In this document: one piece after another, positions 1 through 13,113 of the stretch
Layout: each line of letters opens with the position of its first letter
Numbering within the stretch: position 1 is the first letter of the stretch
From: Squalus acanthias
Lineage: Eukaryota
Reading direction: 5' to 3'
Assembly: GCA_030390025.1 (NCBI GenBank)
Contig: CM059431.1
Coordinates: 154,568,001-154,632,000, forward strand
DNA: 64,000 nt
Made by a program: the position numbers and the translations under genes
The notes under the pieces: model-generated
What the model saw: only the letters and a program-made list of their open reading frames with translations
Told to the model about the DNA's origin: nothing
Database searches by the model: none

Positions 1-199
1 TGTGGAGCATTAGCACGGGCATTGAGCCATTGCATTGAATTACCTGTTTGTGTGCTGTACATTCTATGTAATTCTAAGGAATCATTGTCAGTGACAAAGG
101 TATTTAACATAATGAAATCATGCTAAAGGACTTTAAATCAGCGGCCCAATAACTACGATTGCGAGTGAGATAAAGTGTTATTGTCGAAGTTTTTTTTTT

Positions 200-520
200 T
201 CTTTTTGTGTGCTTGTGTTTATATCTGTAGATATTTGGTGTTGCAGGTTGTTTGTCTGTACATTGTGCTTTTGTACATTATGCACTTGTATATTGCGTGA
301 AATTTGTAGATTTTGCGCTTGTACATTGTGCTTCAGTACATTGTCTGCTAATACATTATGCATTTGTACATTTTGTGTTCGTGCATATTTGATATTAATA
401 TCGAATGTCTCTATATTGTCCATCTGTACATTGTGCAGTTGCATTTTGTGCACCTCTACATTGTACAACTATATATCGTGTGTCTCTAAATTCTGCAGAT
501 ATATATTGTATACAGGTGCA
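200..520. repeat. Degenerate 15-bp minisatellite (~ttgtacattgtgcac); continues at 3350-3515, paralogs at 16560-16830 and 17190-17320
   Basis: 5-aa periodicity (HNVQx / CTLCx) in spurious ORFs on both strands. Confidence 0.75.
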
Positions 521-806
521 TCGTGCTCCTATATATTGGGCTTAAATTTGCTGTCGGAGGCTTCCCGCGGGAGGATGACTCCAACAGGCAAGAAATCTAC
601 GAAATTACCTTTTGCCTCGGCAAACAATAATTTTCAAATTATTGAAAAAAATGTATTTTTCGGTTTTTAAAAACTCTCACGCTTGTAAAAGCAAATAGCG
701 CAACTCTCTACCCGCGGAAGCCTTTTTCTTGGGGATGCGGAGGATCTGTAGAGAAAATTGTTGACAGATCGCAAGTTCGGCTTTAGCGCATGCGCGGCAA
801 ATGTCT

Positions 807-3288
807 AAACATAGAAACATAGAAACATAGAAACATAGAAGATAGGAGCAGGAGTAGGCCATTCGGCCCATCGAGCCTGCTTCGCAATTCGATGAGATCA
901 TGGCTGATCATCCAAATTCAGTAACCTGTACCTGCCTTCTCCCCATATCCCTTGAAACCTTTACCTTTAAGAAATATATCTAACTCATTCTTGAATATAT
1001 TTAATGACTTTGCCTCAACTACCTTCTGTGGTAGAGAATTCCACAGGTTCACCACTCTCTGGGTGAAGACATTCTTCCTCATTTCTGTCCTAAATGGCTT
1101 ACCCCTTATCCTTAGATTATGAGCCCTGGTTCTGGACTCTGCGACCATCGGGAACCTTCTTCCTGCATCTAGTTTGTCCAGACCTGTCAGAATTTTATAT
1201 GTTTCGATGAGATCACCTCTCATTCTTCTATACTCCAGCGTGTATAAGCCCAATCGACCCAATCTCTCCTCATATGTCATTCCTGCCTTCCCAGGTATCA
1301 GCCTTGTGAATCTTCGCTGAACTCCTTCCAAGGCAAGAACATCCTTCCTCAGATAAGGCGACCAAAACTGCACACAGTTCTCAAGGTGTGGTCTCACCAA
1401 GGCCCTGTACAACTGCAGCAGGACATCCCTGTTCCTATACTCAAACCATTTCGCTATGAAGGCCAACATACCATTTGCCTTCTTCACCGCCTGCTGCACC
1501 TGCATGCTTAGCTTCAGCGAGTGGTGCACAAGGACATCCAGGTCTCGTTGCACTACCCCTTCTCCCAATCTATTGCCATTCAGATAATAGTCTGCCTTTC
1601 TGTTTTTGAAATCAAAGTATATAACCTCGCATTTATCCACGTTATATTGCATCTGCCACGCTTCTGCCCACTCACACAACCTGTCCAAATAATCCTGGAG
1701 TTTCTCGGTGTCCTCCTCGCTGCACACACGCCCACCCAGCTTTGTGTCATCTGCAAACTTGGAGATATTATATTTAGTTCCCTTATCTAGATCATTAATG
1801 TATATTGTGAATAGCTGGGGTCCAAGGACCGATCCCTGCGGTACCCCACTATTCACTGACTGCCACTCGGCAAAAGACCCATTATTTCCTACTCTTTGCT
1901 TTCTGTCCGCCAACTGGTTCTCTATCCACGTCAATACCTTGCCCCCAATCCCATGTGCCTTAAATTTACACGCTAATCTCTTATGCTGGACCTTATCTAA
2001 AGCCTTTTGGAAATCCAAATACACCACATATACTCGTTCTCTCTTATCTATTTTCCCAGTTACATCCTCAAAAAATTACACCAGATTAGTCAAGCACGAT
2101 TTACGTTTTGTAAATCCATGTTGACTTTGTCCGATCCTGTCAATGTTTTTCAAATGCCCTGCTTTTGCATCCTTCAAAATGTACTCTAGCATTTTCCCCA
2201 CTACCGATGTCAGGCTTACCGGTCTGTTATTCCCCACTTTCTCTCTACCACCCTTTTTGAATAGTGGGGTAACATTAGCTAACCTCCAATCCATGGGTAC
2301 ACTTCCAGATTGCATCGAATGTTGGAAGATGACCAGCAATGCATCTACTATTTCTAGGGCCACTTCCTTAAGTACCCTTAGATGTAGATTATCAGGCCCT
2401 GGGGATTTATCGACCTTCAATCCCGTCAACTTTCCTAACACCATTTCCCTGCAAATACTGATTTCTTGCAGTCCCTCCCTTTCATCAGACCCTTTGTTAT
2501 CCAACATCTCTGGGAGGTTATTTGTGTCCTCCTTTGTGAAGACAGAACCAAAATATGCATTTAATTGATCTGCCATTTCTTTGTTCCTCATTATAACTTC
2601 CCCCGCTTCTGACTGCAAGGGACCTAACTTGATTTCACTAATCTTTTTCTCTTCACATATCTATAAAAGCTCTTACAGTCAGTGTTTATGTTCCCTGAAA
2701 GCTTACTTTCATATTCTCTTTTCCACTTCTTAATTAATCCCTTTGTCCTCCTTTGTTGAATCCTAAACTGCTCCCAATCCGCAGGGTAACCGCTTCTTCT
2801 GGTCAATTGATATGCCCTCTCCTTGGATCTTATGCTATCCCTAATTTCCCTTGTTAGCAACGGTTGAGTCACCCTTTTTGTTTTATTCTTATGCCACACT
2901 GGGATGAACAAATTCTGTAGTTCATCCATGCAGTCTTTGAATGTTTGCCATTGCCTATCCACCGACAACACTTTGAGTGATATTCCCCAATCAATCCTGG
3001 CCAAGTCGCGTCTCAAACCATCGTAGTTTCCTTTATTTAAATTAAGGATCCTAGTCTCTGATTCAACTACTTCACTCTCACTTATAATGAAGAATTGTAT
3101 CATATTATGATCACTCTGACCCAAGGGGCCACGTATAACAATATTGCTAATTAATCCTTTCTCGTTACATAATACCCAGTCTAAGATTACCTGATCTCTG
3201 GTTGGTTCCTCGACATATTCTTCCAGAAAACCATCCCGTAAACATTCTACGAATTTCACCTCCACAGTATTTTTACTAATTTGGTTAG
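807..3288 (-). mobile_element. CR1 LINE, 5'-truncated (partial EN plus RT), frameshifted
   Basis: ORFs 918-2027 ([25 protein letters not shown]), 2076-2618 (KSPGPD, RPVSLTS) and 2624-~3285 (SDH); (ctatgttt)n tail at ~807-838; absent from the paralogous site near 17110. Confidence 0.95.
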
Positions 3289-3528
3289 TCGAGTCACCTA
3301 CGGTCACGTACACATCTATTACGCACCAAGTGTTCGCAAATCCCGGCCCAATGTGTGCTTGTACATTGATCGTCCGCACTTTGCGCATCCGTCCATTGTG
3401 CACCTGTACATTGTGCACTTGCACACTGTATGCATGTACATTATGCATTTGTACATTTTATGCTTGTGCATTGTGCGGCTATACATTGTGCGCCCACACA
3501 ATATGCACATGTAAAACAACAACAACTT

Positions 3529-4593
3529 GGGAGTTATTTTGGCCGCAGAGTGAAAACAGGCGCTAAATGGATACTTTACTATTGAGAAAGGCCTGTTTGA
3601 AAGTCTGGATTTAGCTCGCTATTTTCGGATTAATTGATGATTTTCCTTATTGGAACGTTACTGCAGGCACTAAAACCGAAATCTGCAGGTTTAGCACTCC
3701 AGTGCTGATTAGATGCAATTTTCCGTGAGCTGTGTACATAGCCTGCACTCATCCACTTCCGCTGGATTGCGATGGCTATGAGTGGAAGGCTTTGTCAATG
3801 ACCAAATGATAGAATGACCAGCTTCTCCGATGTGGCACAGGTGGTTCTGGCGGAGGAAGTAGGGAGAAGAGGAGGGGTTTCCTCTATCTGTAGTGGGAAG
3901 GAGGCCAAGGAGGTAGCTGAAGCGCCACATCTGGGAAGAGATCACACATGAGTTCAAAGCAGGAGGCCTGGACACACGACATGGCTCCAGTGCTGCAAGA
4001 AATTTAATGACTTGACACATGTGGTCAAAGTAAGATCCCATCTCACAAACACACTTCTCAATAACTGCACCATCACAACCTCAACACGCTTCATCCAGCA
4101 TCTATCTCAGCACTGACATTCACACACCAAACACTGTTGCATCCTTCACTGGCACTACTCACACCTCAGAAACATCTCACAGCTCTTCAGCAATGTGAGG
4201 CATCACACACACAAAATTACACCTGCCTTTCAGATCACACTCTTTCTCTGCAAGACCCCATCTTGACCACCTCTTTACCTCTTTTAGCGCCTAAAGTATG
4301 TGGCCAAAATAGCCCCCAGGGCTTTAGCCGCAACGCCGGTTTAACCCGTGTTCAAGCGCAAGACGCCATCAGCGGAAATGTGTTAGGGCAGGCTACATAT
4401 ACAACTCTACGAAAATTGCGTCTATGCAGCACTTGCCAAACCTGTAGGTTAGCGCCTGCAGGCACGTTGACATCATGGCAACCATCAATTAGACTGAAAA
4501 TTGCGAGCTCAGTTAGAACTTTCAAATAGGCATTTCGTATTAGTACAGCCCCCACTTAGCACCTGTTTTTATCCAATGATTAAAATTACCCTC
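3529..4593 (+). mobile_element. Non-autonomous PIF/Harbinger-like DNA transposon remnant with a decayed Myb/SANT-like exon
   Basis: Imperfect TIRs (gggagttatttt...aaaacaggcgctaaatgg / ccacttagcacctgttttt...aaaattaccctc). Internal frameshifted peptide SFSDVAQVVLAEEVGRR...WEEI...TWLQCCKKFNDL followed by GTAAG. Confidence 0.6.
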
Positions 4594-5319
4594 ATTATGT
4601 ATTAGCTATTCAGGCAAACATGCGATAGTCACGACTATGTCAGATTTCTCAGGAACATCTTGCATTTCCAAGCCATTAAATCCAACCTTATATCACCATC
4701 TGGATCATTTATAATTTAATTAACAGGACAAATGCTGCTGTTATCAGCTTACTCGATACCTCAAACAATCTTTGGGCACTGCCCGTTATACACTCGGGTT
4801 TGTCTGGAGCTGTACTGTTCATATTCAAATTGATACTCAGTTCCACTTATCCCTGATCCACTTGCTCATGGACCCCTTATGACAAATTGATCAATGTTAA
4901 ATTCTCCTACTCATCTACAAATTCCTCTACGATCTCGTCCACCTTATAGATTCAGCCTTCTTCACATCTCCTCTGTTACACAACACTCCCCTTGATGTGT
5001 TCCCCAGTGTATTTCTTCTTCTGCTCCGGACTCCAGGCAAAGACTCCCATCACATTGGCTGAAACTTCTTTCCTATGGGCATCCGTCTCTCTACTTCTTA
5101 CTTACTTTAAACGTTCTCCGAATGTTGTAAGGCCTGGGTCCTTCCTGAATATACCAAAAAGAGACAGTGTTAATTGTTAATTCATCATCTGTAAGGCACT
5201 GTCCGTTTCAGTGCTTGGATGGCTTTAAAGAATCTTCGTTCTTAAAGTAATTGCTTCAGAGTATTCTCTGTTTCATAGCGGGCACAGTATTTAATCTGTT
5301 CTCTTTCACACCTTGACAG

Positions 5320-5489
5320 AAGATGCAGTTACGAACACCTTAGTAATGTTGGCAAGCTGCACGGATATCCAGCTGCACAGAGTTATCGTTTTCCACCGTC
5401 AGAGACTAGAACAGTCAATTGAAAAAATCGTGGAGGCTGTTAGTCAGTCGCTTTTAGATGCAGAAGTGTTTACTGAAACAGATCATAAG
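5320..5489 (+). CDS. Exon A1: N-terminal half of a CARD-like death-fold module
   Basis: ttcacaccttgacAG|AAGATGCA...GATCATAAG|GTatac; 170 nt, open: (E)DAVTNTLVMLASCTDIQLHRVIVFHRQRLEQSIEKIVEAVSQSLLDAEVFTETDHK. Five paralogous copies share the same boundaries. Family assignment is from recalled similarity to shark NLR N-termini (QL..L..FYR.RLEQAIEE.V..VS). Confidence 0.8.
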
Positions 5490-6667
5490 GTATACTCAAT
5501 ATATGGTGGAATTGCATAATATTAAATGATTCATACAGTTGACATTTTAGATTGACTGTATTCTGTGCAACCCAACCGCAGAAACAGTAATCTAAGATGT
5601 ACTGGCTTAACTTCAACAGGGATGTGAAATTGCATCCGGTGCAAATGTAAACAATTTTTGAAGTGCTCTTCTGAGATACTTCTCTGGTAAATGAACTGTT
5701 CTGTAATTTTGAACGAGTGCGTAAAATAATAAGGGAACAGCATCTCATGCTACATCCATTAGTTCCTTATGGCAACGTCATTGGCCCAACTCCAGTTAGC
5801 TTTTTATCCCAAATTGACAATCAATGACCATCCCTCACAAGTTCAGAAATGGGACTGTTTCCTGATGATTGCACAATGTTCAGCATTATTCGCAAATCTC
5901 ACATACTGAAGCAATCCATGACCACATGAAGCAAAACCTGATCAACATGCAGATTTAAGCGGATAAGTGGCAAGTAACATTCGCGTTGCACACGTGCCAG
6001 GCAATGACCATCTAAAATATAAATGTCTAGTCGCCTCCGCTTAGCATTTAATGACATTACCATGTGCGAACCTGCCACCATACAAATCCTTGGGTTCACA
6101 GTAAAACCGGCACTGACAATTCACTGCCAAACGTCTTGCAGTTACTTTAATACAAATGGACCCATTCCTACAGGGATTGGGTTTACTCCAGATTCTGAAA
6201 GCGGACAAAGATTGCATCCTATCAATTGAGCAATTATTAGAAATTCCAGGATTGTTGCCAACCAGAACGCCTCTAAATTAATAATTTAATAAGGCCCGAC
6301 TAGCAGCGAAATCATCACGTGCCTCAGTTAAACGCCAGTGGAAAACCTGGAGCTATATAAACATTGCAATCGCTAAACATTTCTATTTTCACGAAAAGAA
6401 ATTAACTAGCGCGGTCGGTACCCGCTCCCAGTTTCTGCCATTTTCCTGGCAGTCCCGCCTCCATACCCGCCTCCCCAGGGCTGGGAAAATTCCCCCCAAA
6501 GGTGTGGCTGTTTAATTGAGTGACAAGTTTAAGTAGCTGCAATTGGACTTGCCCAGTATTGGGGTATAGGTTGGCTCGCTGACATGCTGCACGATTGTGT
6601 ACTAGGTCTTGGGTTCTACATTATGTGTCTCCAATCTTCGTTTGTTTGCAAGGAGAAGGCAATGAGT

Positions 6668-7228
6668 AGGAACATAAGAACAGGAGCAGGCCATTCAGCC
6701 CCTCAAGCCTGTTCCACCATTCAGTCAGATCATGGCTGATTTGTACCGTAACTGCATTTACCTGCCTTGGTACCATATCCCTTAATGCCCTGACCTAATA
6801 AAAATCTATCGATCTCAGTTTTGAAATTTTCAATTGACCCAGCCTCAACCGCTTTATGGGGAGAGAATTCCAGATTTTCACTACCCTTTCTGTGAAGAAG
6901 TGCTTTCGGACATCACCCCTGAACGGCCTAGCTCTAATTTTAAGGTTATGCTCCCTTGTTCTGGGCTCCTCCACCAGAGGAAATAGTTTCTCCCTATCTA
7001 CCTAATCAAATCCTTTAATTATCTTAAACACCGCCATTAGATCAGCCCTTAATCTTCTATAATCAAGAGAATACCATCCTAGTCTATGTAACCTATCCTT
7101 ATAATTTAACCCTTTTAGCCCCGGTACCATTCTGGTGAATCTGCACTGCTCCCCCTCCGAGGCCAATACATCCTTCCTGAGGTGTGGTGCCCAGAACTGA
7201 ACGCAGTGCTCTAGATGCGGTCTAACTT
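6668..7228 (-). mobile_element. CR1 LINE 3' fragment
   Basis: ataagaacaggagcaggccattcagccc 3' end and antisense CVQFWAPHLRKD-like segment. Confidence 0.85.
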
Positions 7229-9399
7229 ACTATGTTGCTGTTTTGGAGGGTGCAGCTATGTGGAATATGCAAAATGACGGATGAGAAAAGACTCTTATCA
7301 GGCCAGCCCTTCGAAACAACAGCAACCTTGTACACCATCCATCCATCCCTTAACCATGCTATCTTCTGGGAGAGGCAAAAAAAACTAGACAATTCAAGAA
7401 ATACTCTGGCAAGTTCCTCTCTCAATCGCACAAGACAGTGGTTAGCCATAAGAACAACAACTTCCATTTATATAGCGCCTTTAACATTGTTTCCAGTATA
7501 CAATCCGATTGGTGTGAGCCAATGCCGTTTGCCCGGATTTCTAGGAAATTCTGCAAAACTTATCCAAGTCATTGTTTCCATTACTCTGGCTCTGTCTGTC
7601 TTTGAAACACGTTACCTGTCACAGTTTTTACATTTAACTCAACACGTCCTTCATTGGCCATCTCGCACAATTTGCATTGTCACACGTATCACCCAGCAGT
7701 CGCGAAATTCATCCAGTCTATGGGATATGCAACCGACTGCCTTAATTGCATGCCAGATCATGTCACGCCCCTTATTGGCCCAATTCTCTGTGACATCACC
7801 GATACCGGGCTCTCCTCAGGTATTATAGTCCTGCAATGAAAAGACTGACATAATAAAACATTTGTTAAAAAAATCTCATGACTTATCTGTGGTGTCCATA
7901 TTCTCCCTTTTCCAAATAACTCCTACAGTTATGTAACATATATCTAAACAAAAAACAAATTGGAAATATAGCTGTTTAATTCAAGGCAAATATTGTAGGG
8001 GATATGATACAAATACATTAACAGCTACGTGGCATATATAAGGGCAGGTTTGGGAGCTAAGATGTCTTGTTACCAAGCATTAATTATTTATTGAATTTAA
8101 AACAACATAGGGAGGAGGTATTATTAAAAGATTCACTGCAGCAAGGAACTCAGGACTGGTATGAGCAATTATTCACAATTTTAATCTTTACGTTTGCGGT
8201 TTAGCATAATAAAGGAACTTTTTAACTATATGAGCTTATTATCATGAAACAGATGGGGGAAGGGATAGAATAGATATATAGAAACATTTTAGAAAATGCA
8301 GCAAAAACAGTAACGGATTGGTCAGTGACTTTAAGTGTCCAAAGTATAGAAGCAACGTAATTGGGGAATGGAGTCCTTTGTGTCTGCAGCGTGTCCAGGA
8401 CATTATACAGATGAATACTGTTTTAGGACAACAAGGAAGGAATCAGTATTGGATCTATTTCTAGAAACGGGGAGGGGCTAGTATTTGAGGTAAGGTTAGT
8501 GGAACATCTAAGAAAGAATTGTAAATGTTGTTTTATTATTAATTGTAAAAGGTAACGTTGCAATAAAAGCAATAAGTAGTTTACAGGAATAAATCTAATT
8601 TCAACGAGACTAAACAACTAGAAAAGATATATTGGGAAATGGCCAGAATAAGCCACAGGGAAGCAATCGGTCGCTTCCAATAACTAGAAGATTCCCACAC
8701 AAGATAAATAAATTACACAAGAATAAAAGAGGTGCAACACAAACTAGAATTGCTTGGACGTGCATAGAAAATCAACTAAACATGAGATTGTAAAACAAAT
8801 GCAGGGTTGTAGGGCTGATATATAAAACAAAACAAGGAAACATATAAAATATAAAACAGAAGCGAAAACGTTCAAAATGTGAGAAATGAATGAATGGCAG
8901 GTGACAGAATTAGAAACAATTATTACACTACATAGACATTAAAAGGGAAATCGTTACACAACGGACGGAGCTCTTCAGATATTAAAAAGACATGGTCCAT
9001 AGACAGAATGAAGGAGTGACTGATAAGCTTATGCTACTGTTTCGATAAATGAAAGTGATAATTGAATGAATTAAAGACTCATTGAAGTAAATAGAAAGAA
9101 AATCGAATGGGGCATAAAGCGGGCCGCCGTTTCACTTCATCCCCTTTCGCGCTACTGGCCAACACTACTTTCACCTATATATTTATGGTTTTCAAGTTGT
9201 GCAATTAGATCTTCTGAAAACAGATTGTAAACTTTCATAATATTACTGTTATTTCAAACACTAATGCTTGGTTTGGTCGAATACTATTGCTGCAAATGTA
9301 ACTTTTCCCTTTTATTCAGCACTTTACCCTTTTCCATCTGTCAGCTGAGAAAATACAGTTTCCCTGGATGACTCAACGCTGCTTCTCTCTATTACTGCA

Positions 9400-9625
9400 A
9401 CTTCTTCCAGCCCTACAACCCTCCCTGATCTCTGCTCTCATCCCATTCTGGCCTTTTGCGTAACCTCGATTTCCTTGCCCCACTATTGGCGACAATGCCC
9501 CCAGCTGCCGCGACCACAAGTTTTGAAATTCCACCACTAATCCTCACCGGCTCCCGACCACTTACTGCTCGTTTAAGACGCTCCTTAAAACTTACTTCTT
9601 TGATCAAACTTCTGGTCACCCGATT
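9400..9625 (+). mobile_element. Old L2 LINE 3' fragment upstream of exon B (paralogs ~22155, ~50610, ~59190, ~63815)
   Basis: cttccagccctacaaccctcc...ttaagacgctccttaaaac..tctttgatcaa, similar to the reverse complement of the L2 at 31635-32440. Confidence 0.6.
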
Positions 9626-9729
9626 GTGAGCTTTTCTGTTCATTTATCTCATAAAGAGAGCGAGAAAGAGAAAAGTCGCTTCTCAGCTGATTATGTACAT
9701 TATTGAATCAATATGATTTCATTTTTTAG

Positions 9730-9928
9730 AGAATCAGAACACTAGTTGCAAGTCACAGCAGCAGCGACGCTTCCCGAAACATTTTCGATACCGTGCTGGA
9801 AAAGGGAGCTCGGGCAGAAAGAACAATCTGGAACATATTTGTTCTACTGCAGAATACAAAACCCGAGCTGAGAGAGACACTTTCAGAGATACAGAACAAA
9901 GGTACAACGGGAGAAAGTTATCTGGAAG
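9730..9928 (+). CDS. Exon B1: C-terminal half of a CARD-like module plus linker
   Basis: attttttAG|AGAATC...CTGGAAG|GTAGGT; 199 nt, open: RIRTLVASHSSSDASRNIFDTVLEKGARAERTIWNIFVLLQNTKPELRETLSEIQNKGTTGESYLE. The S..L.D.VLEKG..A...W..F pattern is typical of CARD helices 4-6. Confidence 0.8.
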
Positions 9929-10559
9929 GTAGGTGGTATCCAAATCTAACATGCAAAAAAGCTTATGTTTACTGTCAGAGTAACAAATTTCATTTTTTAT
10001 GGCAAGGAAATTATTTGAAGTTAAATCTTGTGAGGATGTAATTCTACATGCGCTGGGAAATAAAACAGGCATGATCGCATTTGTCGACCGTTACAACAAA
10101 CTGACTTTCAATTCAAGTTTATTCGGGCGCAGTGTACAATAGTCGATCGATGCGATACCGCCTGTATTATGTCTTCTGGAAAAAAGCAGCGGTATCGCAT
10201 CTGCTGCTCCTTCAGCGCTCGGTCCATGTTGCCTTCTATTGACTTCAATAGAACTGAATATAGGGCGACTTGAAGTTGTTGTGGTTTGTGTTCTGCTCTG
10301 GTCCTATAATGTGTTTAGCTTGTTGAAGCGGAGGTTTCAACTTGCGCATTATTGTTTCGCGTGGGTGTAAGAAAGTCCACTGCATTATAAAATAAAAAAA
10401 TACCATATTTGGGAATGCAGTGGAGCTTTCTTACACCCACGAGAAACACCAATGCGCATATTGAACCTCCTCTTCTATATATATATATGGGTATATATAT
10501 ATGCATTTTTTCAGGCATATATCTATCTATCTCCATATATAAACATATATGTGTGTTTT

Positions 10560-11180
10560 TGTGTATATCGGGCGGATGCTGATACCTTTAAAACCATGCC
10601 CAGCTGACACCATACATACTTGGCCAGGTCCCGATATACTTCAAAAGCAGAGACACAGCAGACAGTTTGCTGATGCACTGTGAAACCACATGCTAACCGG
10701 ATTCTGATAGACAGTGAATCCACGCACATATCATGACGGTTCCTTATAGGCTCTGAATGACTGTGCACATCTGGCTGAATGTTGCTACACTGAATCTTCG
10801 ATACTCATCTGGCAGGATCCCAGTAAAGTATATCCTCATACACACCTGGCAGGGGCCTGATACACTCTAAATCTCGATACACATCTGGCATGATCCAGAT
10901 ACACTGTGAATCCCTATACTTAGGTGGAAGTATCCCGATACATTTTGAAGACCTAGCAGGATCCTGATACATCGTGGAACGCTAGACACAGCTGGAAGGA
11001 TCCCGATACGCGGTGAAACCCCGTACACAGCTGGCAGAGTTACTTAATACTGAAATCCAATACATTTTGGAGGATCCTGATTCGTTGTGATAACTGACAA
11101 ATAGCTGGCAGGATCCTGATATACTTTGAAACGCAAATTACACTTGCCAGAATCCCGATACTCTGTGAATCCGTATAAAC
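10560..11180. repeat. Degenerate 39-bp satellite (cacacctggcaggatcctgatacactgtgaaaccccata)
   Basis: Recurring ctggcaggatcc..gatacactgtgaa motif. Confidence 0.8.
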
Positions 11181-11199
11181 AACTGGCAAGCTGCCAATA

Positions 11200-13113
11200 T
11201 AATAATCATTGCTATGGAGAAGCTGGGGTTAATGTCCTTCAAACAGAGAAGGTAAAGAAGAGATTTGATAGAGGTGGTCGAAATCATTAACGGTTTTGAG
11301 ATAGTAAATAATGATAAACTGTTTGCAGTGGCAGCAAGGTCTGTCACAAGATAACAAAAAGTCAAGGTGATTGGCAAAACAAACACAGCTGAATATGAGG
11401 AAACATTTTTTGATGCAGCGAGTTCTCCTGAAGTATACTGCATTGCCTGACATGATGGTGCAAGCATATTCAATAGTAACTTCCGAAAGGAAACGGGAAA
11501 AATACTTGCAGGGATTTTCATAGGGAAATATGGGAAAAGTTGGGCAGTGGTACTAATTGGGTAGCTCTACCAACGAGCCGGCACAGGCACGGTGTGCTGT
11601 ATAATTCTATGATTCTATGATAAAAACGTGAAATTACAGTGCAGGCTAAGTATAGGATATGTGATATGTGGGACTTTTATGACAGTAAGACTGCCCCGAA
11701 ATGCAAATCTGCAGAAAATGTCTGTTTCTTTAGACACTCCAGCTTAGATTCTTTGAGCTGGAGTGCGAGGTAGCGAGATTCTAACACTTAAAAAAGGGGG
11801 AGGAATTTCTGGACAGTTTTCTTCAGAGTACAGTCAAACATCAAAGGAAAGCACAGGTGCAGGAAAGGGAGAGTGTGACTGCCAGTAGTGTATGGGGAAA
11901 CAAGGGAATATAGAGGAGGAGGTCCAGCAGAAACTGGTCCTGTCCAACAGACACAATTTACTTTATAGCTGAGAGGATCAGAAGGAAAACAACGGGGAGG
12001 ACATCTATAATCTTGACCTTAGCACCGTGGAGCAGAGGACTTTTCCAATCGTGGCGTGTGAGGAGCAGATTCGAAACGTAGTAGTTAAAAGAGATTCAAT
12101 AATTAGGGTGATAGATAGCAACCTATTCATCCAGAGTAGAGAGTCCCGAAGGTTATGTTTTCTACCTGATGACAGAGTAAGGGATATCTCAATGTGACGG
12201 GAAAGTAATTTTAAAAGGGTGAGAGGAGATCTTGTTGACGTGTTCCACGTCCGGATCAAAGATAGAGGGGAGAAAATGGTTAAACTCCTCTGGAAGGAGT
12301 ATCAGAATTTAGGAGCTAAATTAAAAATCAGCACTCAAATGGTTGTAATATCAGGGTTACAAACAGATCACGAAGGTGAAGACGTGGCTAAAGGTGTGGG
12401 AAGAGTGGTTCAATTTATAGGGACACCGTCACCAATAATGCGATAGGAAGAAGTGTGTGTCATTGGGAAACGCTGCATCTGAATCGGGGTGGGACCAAGT
12501 TCCTAGCGGAAAGGATAAATAGGCTGATAAAACGGACTGTAATCTAGTAAATGGAGGGGGAAGTGGGAGACCCAGCCAGGAGCAAAACTAAAAACAATAG
12601 CTTCAAGAATTTTTAAAAAGTGATAAGTGCTGGTTCAAGTCACAAACAGTGCTATAAATACCACAGGTGAAGAGAATATAAAACAGCTAAAGCAGTTACA
12701 GCAGGAGTGATAAATCAGAAATGTGTCAAGTTAAACGGTGTGCGAAAGGAAATATTAGGACAAAGGGACAGGTTAGGATCTCTTGCACAAAAAATAGTTT
12801 TATATACTAAATCACGAATTATAGGAAATAAACTGAATGAATTATAAACTTTAAGGAAATGGCTTGGTAGCCATTACTCAGACATGGCTATAAGCTGGTC
12901 ATGATTAGGGGTCAAATACTCCGGGTCATAAGGTCTTTAAAAAAATCTTGAGAAACGGGAAGAGACGGATGGGTAGTCTTTGTCATTAAATATAATATTA
13001 CAGCATTAGGAAGAGAGAATATAGGTAAGGGAAAGGAATCGACGGAACTATGGTTAGAAATTAAAAACAAAAGAGGATTTAAAACTGTCTACACTCCCCT
13101 TGATACCAGCAAT
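11200..13113 (+). mobile_element. Decayed CR1: 3' fragment (11200-11620) then 5' part of an older CR1 (ORF1 zinc-finger/SGNH remnants, EN start)
   Basis: attctatgattctatga tail at ~11600; Cys-rich ORF1 remnant (tgtgatatgtgggac...atctgcagaaaatgt); DLVDVFHVR-like SGNH remnant; many stops. Confidence 0.65.

Larger units (their letters stand above)
1..13113 (+). repeat. Segmental duplication unit I-1 (contains A1 and B1)
   Basis: Collinear with ~16352-27669: starts gtggagcat..., ends ...ttgataccagcaat in both. Shares the minisatellite, MITE, Harbinger remnant, exons, introns and satellite. Confidence 0.85.

Noticed and set aside
178..670. Cys-rich and HNVQ-repeat ORFs (also ~3281-3566 and 16504-17378)
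   Set aside because: Translations of a 15-bp minisatellite; frames are not conserved between the paralogous copies.
918..3448. Long RT ORFs as host genes or a novel RT system
   Set aside because: Standard CR1 ORF2 fragments with frameshifts and microsatellite tails. The N-terminus of ORF 2624-3448 is minisatellite read-through.
7232..7828. 198-aa ORF and its paralog 20303-20665 as an additional exon
   Set aside because: No recognisable domain, it includes an L2 tail fragment, and I found no conserved splice boundaries. Family II units have no matching intact frame.
8000..9100. Purine-rich intron segments (also ~20800-21860, 49200-50290, 57780-58870, 62430-63490) as a NACHT exon
   Set aside because: Full of stops with no Walker A motif; they resemble heavily decayed CR1 endonuclease sequence.
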